Shown piece by piece: positions 62,501 to 64,000 of a stretch of 64,000 bases of DNA (position 1 is its first letter; each line of letters starts with the position of its first letter). Where the stretch lies: NCBI GenBank assembly GCA_002633005.1, contig NMRA01000247.1, positions 193,401-257,400 on the forward strand, given 5' to 3'. A model generated the notes under the pieces. The model was not told the origin of the DNA and made no database searches. It saw nothing but the letters and a program-made list of their open reading frames with translations. Made by a program: the position numbers and the translations under genes. The stretch is from Phoronis australis (Eukaryota; Animalia; Phoronida).

Positions 62501-63269
62501 ACACACAAGCTTAGAGTGGAAAGAGGGGGAGTTATCTCAAGTACAGAAATGACATAGCACAAAATTTTTCAATCCATTAAGAGTTTTAAAAATATCAATC
62601 ACTTGATTTCCTGTATCAAAGGGCAATGATGATACTAGACTGCAATTTAGGCAAACCCTGAGACAAGTGTAAAATGATCACAGTTGTGTTTTTTAATTTA
62701 TTGTAACAGCCTTGTTTGTATCAAGATTCCATCTGATAGCAATTTGAGACACACAAATTTCAAAAGTCAAAAGTGGAACAAGTACAAGCTGATGCAGGAT
62801 ATGAGTTAAATATAAAGTTCTAAATTATTAATGAACAGACGATTCACATTTAATATCATTCTTTCTGTGAACAAGGACTGCCACAAGACCAGCAAGGTGT
62901 AACTTCACAATAGAGGGCACTGCTTGCTATCACACTTTTACAATCTTGCATGCCACTGGGAAGTCATTATTGACTAAATGTGAATGATTTAACTGTGATT
63001 CGTCTCCGTGATATCAACTAGATGTAAGTAGAGATTGAGTGAACACAAATCTACTGATAAGTGAATCAGAGTATGTGCATAATGAAATAAACAGTGCAGT
63101 AGTGTTGAAATAGTTGGTTAGTGTTCCTTTAAAAAAGGAAGGTGTAACAATAAGAAACTGACATGGAGACAGACACAATAAATAAGAGATATGTGCACAG
63201 TGTAATGCAGTGTAAGGTGCAGGGCTGCAATAGGGACTTTACATTTACCATTGTATAAGGTGATGTTTC
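32167..63269 (-). CDS. Giant cysteine-repeat (Ephrin_rec_like/GCC2_GCC3-type) single-pass membrane protein with cytoplasmic coiled coil; spliced CDS, 5' end outside window
   Basis: 36 GT-AG exons in consistent phase, about 8.7 kb coding. Many CPxG(Y/H)YC repeats, RRRLL motif, NPLICL...YPVY..NHLYNSNPSFDYG domain, TM WGLIIGMLVFLAVCVLAVVIAVIVW, juxtamembrane [27 protein letters not shown]/Q-rich coiled coil, C-terminal globular domain, TAA at 32167-32169. Confidence 0.9.
32588..32612. repeat. (CG)5(TG)n alternating purine-pyrimidine microsatellite
   Basis: CGCGCGCGCGTGTGTGTGTGTGTGT in the last intron. Confidence 0.9.
33404..33513 (-). CDS. Exon, Cys-repeat membrane protein (C-terminal)
   Basis: GKTLMPRRVADTANMTGTALWQTFVNKMEDKNKVKHV, phase 1-0. 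Confidence 0.75.
34147..34289 (-). CDS. Exon, C-terminal region
   Basis: LTKYTSFHVHSKLQDYLGDVESK...RNAAS, donor GTATGT, phase 2-1. Confidence 0.78.
34779..35067 (-). CDS. Exon, C-terminal globular domain
   Basis: DLRDDTDPEFTKEFYRALTVLCDDLFFARY...KERLQQR, phase 1-2. Confidence 0.85.
35080..35116. repeat. (AGGTC)n pentanucleotide microsatellite
   Basis: AGGTCAGGTCAGGTCAGGTCACATCAGGTCAGGTTAA. Confidence 0.85.
35737..36069 (-). CDS. Exon, C-terminal globular domain
   Basis: YQDKKDVDWDGDTELEPVDL...FVVYKYGCFI...NAYRNSFYYD..NRILYVR..RMDSVGQFAMVIAHSLSHIKS. Confidence 0.88.
36274..36574 (-). CDS. Exon, low-complexity linker
   Basis: VLTLKQSVNMDL...LLMQSPLYQKVEQIKRLV..., phase 0-1. Confidence 0.82.
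37561..37692 (-). CDS. Coiled-coil exon
   Basis: EKLRKRREEKLKAKQ...EQLKADE, 132 nt. Confidence 0.85.
37900..38430 (+). mobile_element. 5'-truncated, decayed Penelope-like retroelement (linker + GIY-YIG endonuclease end + pLTR start)
   Basis: VTIPFISGVSDRIKSHLRNFDIATALKPINSPRSQLVWVKDKVPRDKS, frameshifted VVYGIMC, then HSFDTSDVCILDHEENWFKRGVKQSIY...PPLNHQGGLRFKL, typical of the PLE C-terminus. Followed by a degenerate hammerhead motif at 38384-38419. Confidence 0.82.
39214..39351 (-). CDS. Coiled-coil exon
   Basis: DEIQRLASQGASEDEQQRILDEHNKNLQKHINAIDADKLRMQSSLQ, 138 nt. Confidence 0.85.
39887..40050 (-). CDS. Coiled-coil exon
   Basis: FEASEKSRIEAELNGFNQEL...KVNRQKIK, phase 1-0 (an in-frame donor 21 nt earlier is also possible). 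Confidence 0.8.
40324..40361 (-). ncRNA. Minimal type-I hammerhead ribozyme motif (U3-A8 variant), sense to host pre-mRNA
   Basis: Exact reverse complement of 40481-40518. Confidence 0.6.
40481..40518 (+). ncRNA. Minimal type-I hammerhead ribozyme motif (U3-A8 variant)
   Basis: CAC-TTGAGAA-T-GAAAC-AAGTAT-GTTTC-GAAA-TA-TC-GTG: stem I CAC/GTG, core UUGANAA, perfect 5-bp stem II, GAAA, palindromic AUAU helix III remnant, UC cleavage site. Confidence 0.62.
41174..41510 (-). CDS. Coiled-coil exon
   Basis: KEDLDPEELQQRKAQLLNQHQL...EEQLRKERE, phase 0-1. Confidence 0.87.
41650..42009. mobile_element. Probable Helentron-associated (DINE-1/HINE-like) interspersed element
   Basis: CCAAATTTCA(TGAAAATCGG) modules x2, (GGACGCC/AGAC) microsatellite at ~41928-41961, terminal hairpin TATGCGACCACA...TGTGGGCGCATA followed by AAAA. 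Left boundary uncertain. Confidence 0.55.
42516..42761 (-). CDS. Coiled-coil exon
   Basis: AKEVEQKAMIDGI...VLAKRHAQELRDL...EQELANLV, 246 nt. Confidence 0.87.
43731..43934 (-). CDS. Coiled-coil exon
   Basis: LIAAHQQELEDLADKLDNDRERQQLNMREKLAERKRRK...IRTEK, 204 nt. Confidence 0.88.
45047..45253 (-). CDS. Coiled-coil exon
   Basis: ERAKEQMRIKHSEHHHQL...LTDEQMAA, 207 nt. Confidence 0.87.
45768..45968 (-). CDS. Coiled-coil exon
   Basis: AKLANRRARKLKEQ...EEQALRREQ, 201 nt. Confidence 0.87.
46192..46320 (-). CDS. Coiled-coil exon
   Basis: LSVSNPDIDAVRQQHILDQYRKQSEAL...LSEFQ, 129 nt. Confidence 0.85.
46446..46856 (-). CDS. Coiled-coil exon
   Basis: DNLQDQGVISEEAK...KEGHKEVVKQ, 411 nt. Confidence 0.88.
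47090..47284 (-). CDS. Cytoplasmic exon
   Basis: ADQAGLPLPVASPD...GLMEQL, 195 nt. Confidence 0.83.
47582..47757 (-). CDS. Coiled-coil exon
   Basis: NLTESEINDIMAAHQADLERAL...KLAEKRRRKEQELHEKHKAE, phase 1-0. Confidence 0.87.
48197..48368 (-). CDS. Coiled-coil exon
   Basis: LQGSSEMLRRQNNEKLNLEREL...AFKLQ, phase 0-1. Confidence 0.85.
48965..49149 (-). CDS. Cytoplasmic exon
   Basis: GNTREAELMTALKILLDRLNSG...SSTERN, phase 1-0. Confidence 0.83.
49498..49827 (-). CDS. Juxtamembrane cytoplasmic exon
   Basis: [33 protein letters not shown]...TYKFA, phase 1-1. Confidence 0.88.
50160..50227 (-). CDS. Short cytoplasmic exon
   Basis: ESMSHAGHSIGGSVESGLADAV, 68 nt, phase 2-1 bridges both neighbours. 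Confidence 0.78.
50869..51046 (-). CDS. Transmembrane exon
   Basis: MLVFLAVCVLAVVIAVIVWRPRDAGIYPMKHWAPKWRSLG..., phase 1-2. Confidence 0.88.
51386..51534 (-). CDS. Pre-TM exon
   Basis: EAIIVVKPAGATC...NLVAIGVQKNESLNEEPDWGLII, phase 2-1. Confidence 0.86.
52121..52466 (-). CDS. Extracellular exon (beta-rich domain)
   Basis: NVRRRLLA...NPLICLEINDQILF...YPVYVKNHLYNSNPSFDYGPF...FLHVFTEAGTNVFAD. Confidence 0.88.
53020..53152 (-). CDS. Extracellular exon
   Basis: TLTNVIGPEPTAPAAKKTIVLNYW...ASLN, phase 0-1. Confidence 0.8.
53157..53442. repeat. 56-bp minisatellite, 5 copies
   Basis: AACATTAAGTATTATCCTCACCATGGTTGGTACTGTGGAGTAACATGTGAACAATG x5, near-identical. Confidence 0.95.
53938..54082 (-). CDS. 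Extracellular exon
   Basis: CKCNQYVTAAEVCDAECRKK...NIQTV, phase 2-0. Confidence 0.85.
54311..55487 (-). CDS. Large cysteine-repeat exon
   Basis: DAIKHPCPEGHYCEEG... multiple CPxGYYC repeats ...CIGKFRNFQPSDGSCEC...; 1177 nt; contains ORF 54307-55395. Confidence 0.92.
55900..56174 (-). CDS. Cysteine-repeat exon
   Basis: GGELRGNCSQGYFCLSGS...CALCPGGYWCKE, phase 2-1. Confidence 0.88.
57014..57449 (-). CDS. Cysteine-repeat exon
   Basis: ASSKSDCLPCTGGYYC...CPVGHYCPQGS...CLNGMYC, phase 1-2. Confidence 0.9.
57491..57666. repeat. Imperfect foldback element (77-bp arms 57491-57567 and 57590-57666), probably Penelope-like pLTR-derived
   Basis: Arms are reverse complements with 8 substitutions; centre contains the palindrome CCTAGCTAGG. 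Confidence 0.88.
57603..57647 (+). ncRNA. Minimal type-I hammerhead ribozyme motif with canonical core
   Basis: CTT-CTGATGA-T-GGTGT-(TTGAATACATG)-ATACC-GAAA-CATG-TC-AAG: stem I CTT/AAG, CUGAUGA, 5-bp stem II, GAAA, palindromic CAUG loop III, GUC cleavage triplet. Confidence 0.75.
57985..58149 (-). CDS. Cysteine-repeat exon
   Basis: PCSAGYYCEGGA...CPAGNYCPMGT...CPPGTMRNVT, 165 nt. Confidence 0.88.
58843..58986 (-). CDS. Cysteine-repeat exon
   Basis: YYCPAGVNPLACPGGTFNNITGL...CSVGQYCLGPGNVIPT, 144 nt. Confidence 0.88.
60110..60339 (-). CDS. Cysteine-repeat exon
   Basis: YVCVGGSNTAQP...CPRGHMCPEGT...NPVACKQ, phase 2-1. Confidence 0.88.
61517..61737 (-). CDS. Cysteine-repeat exon
   Basis: INASNSASFTGNSRCPLGYYC...CPPGHYC...KPCSE, phase 0-2. 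Confidence 0.88.
62180..62433 (-). CDS. Cysteine-repeat exon
   Basis: QPVVNPAPCPVGHYCPLATG...CYAGHYCTGGAISPTPVNHL, phase 1-0. Confidence 0.88.
63249..63269 (-). CDS. Candidate 21-nt micro-exon
   Basis: TTTGTTTATTTGTTTCAG|GAAACATCACCTTATACAATG|GTAAAT; phase 1-1, reads NITLYNG into QPVVNPAPC. Confidence 0.55.
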
Positions 63270-64000
63270 CTGAAACAAATAAACAAAACAACTGTTGCTT
63301 GGAAACTCTTAAAGTCACATAAAACATAATTCTAGGTCTTGGTCAGTCTTCATAATTATAATAACTTAAAGACGAAATTAAAAATAACAAGTTCACTCAG
63401 TATTCATTACATGAATGAGATGGCTTTAATTAAATCGGAATCTGTACTCACACATGTTCATTTCAAAGTTTCAACTACTAAATTGACTATGGTCTGTGTG
63501 CGGTTAGGTGAAGATTCTGAGACAGTAAAACGATAAACATATATACATGTTCCATACTCAATAACTTAACTTTTATTTAACTTTCAGCCATTCACAGAGA
63601 CCTCTCCGACTATGCTACACATTTAGCACTTCAATTCATATTTCTAAAAACCTGGAATTGACTTTTTCAACAAAATAAGAAATAGGCCTTGCATTGAATT
63701 GCTAGATGTGACGAATATTCGTTGTATTTATTATTTTCCAATAATTCTCCACAAAATCAATTAAGATAATCTAACGACTCTTAACATAGTTGATTTCTCA
63801 TCATATTAAACAGTTGGACAATTCAGGAGTCACCCCGCAGTAACAGTAGCAGTAAGTGTTCATAGCCACCTAGGCTGTCTGGTCAAACATTGAAAGGAAG
63901 ATGTCAATATCACAAGATATAGCTAACAGGTGGCGTGTCAAGCAGATAAATGGCCTTAAAACATAAGTAATCAAGTTAATGTTACCTCCAATAGCATCAC

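Noticed and set aside
63825-63875. Minus-strand TYCYCYCG segment as a further cysteine-rich exon
   Set aside because: Arises from a short TACTG(C/T) repeat, lacks the CPxGxYC pattern and has weak splice signals.

Overview
AT-rich, intron-dense eukaryotic DNA, most likely from an invertebrate metazoan (the taxon cannot be fixed from sequence). It holds two convergent multi-exon genes that I reconstructed by hand from GT-AG junctions with consistent phases. (1) On the + strand is a death-associated protein kinase 1 (DAPK1) orthologue: 15 exons at 7912-26177 encoding ankyrin repeats, ROC GTPase, COR and death domain. The kinase/CaM exons are not visible and presumably lie upstream of the window. 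(2) On the - strand is the 3' part (36 exons, about 2,900 codons, 63269 down to 32167) of a giant uncharacterised type-I membrane protein. It has many CPxGxYC (Ephrin_rec_like/GCC2_GCC3-type) repeats, one TM helix, a long repetitive coiled coil and a C-terminal globular domain with a degenerate HExxH motif. Introns carry Tc2-like and Harbinger-like non-autonomous DNA transposons, a LINE RT remnant, a Penelope-like GIY-YIG remnant and satellites. The most unusual signal is two foldback elements in introns of gene 2 (40212-40630 and 57491-57666) whose arms contain minimal hammerhead-ribozyme cores, one being a U3-A8 compensated variant. A third, decayed hammerhead follows the Penelope remnant. 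All coordinates and alignments were read by eye; no database searches were run.
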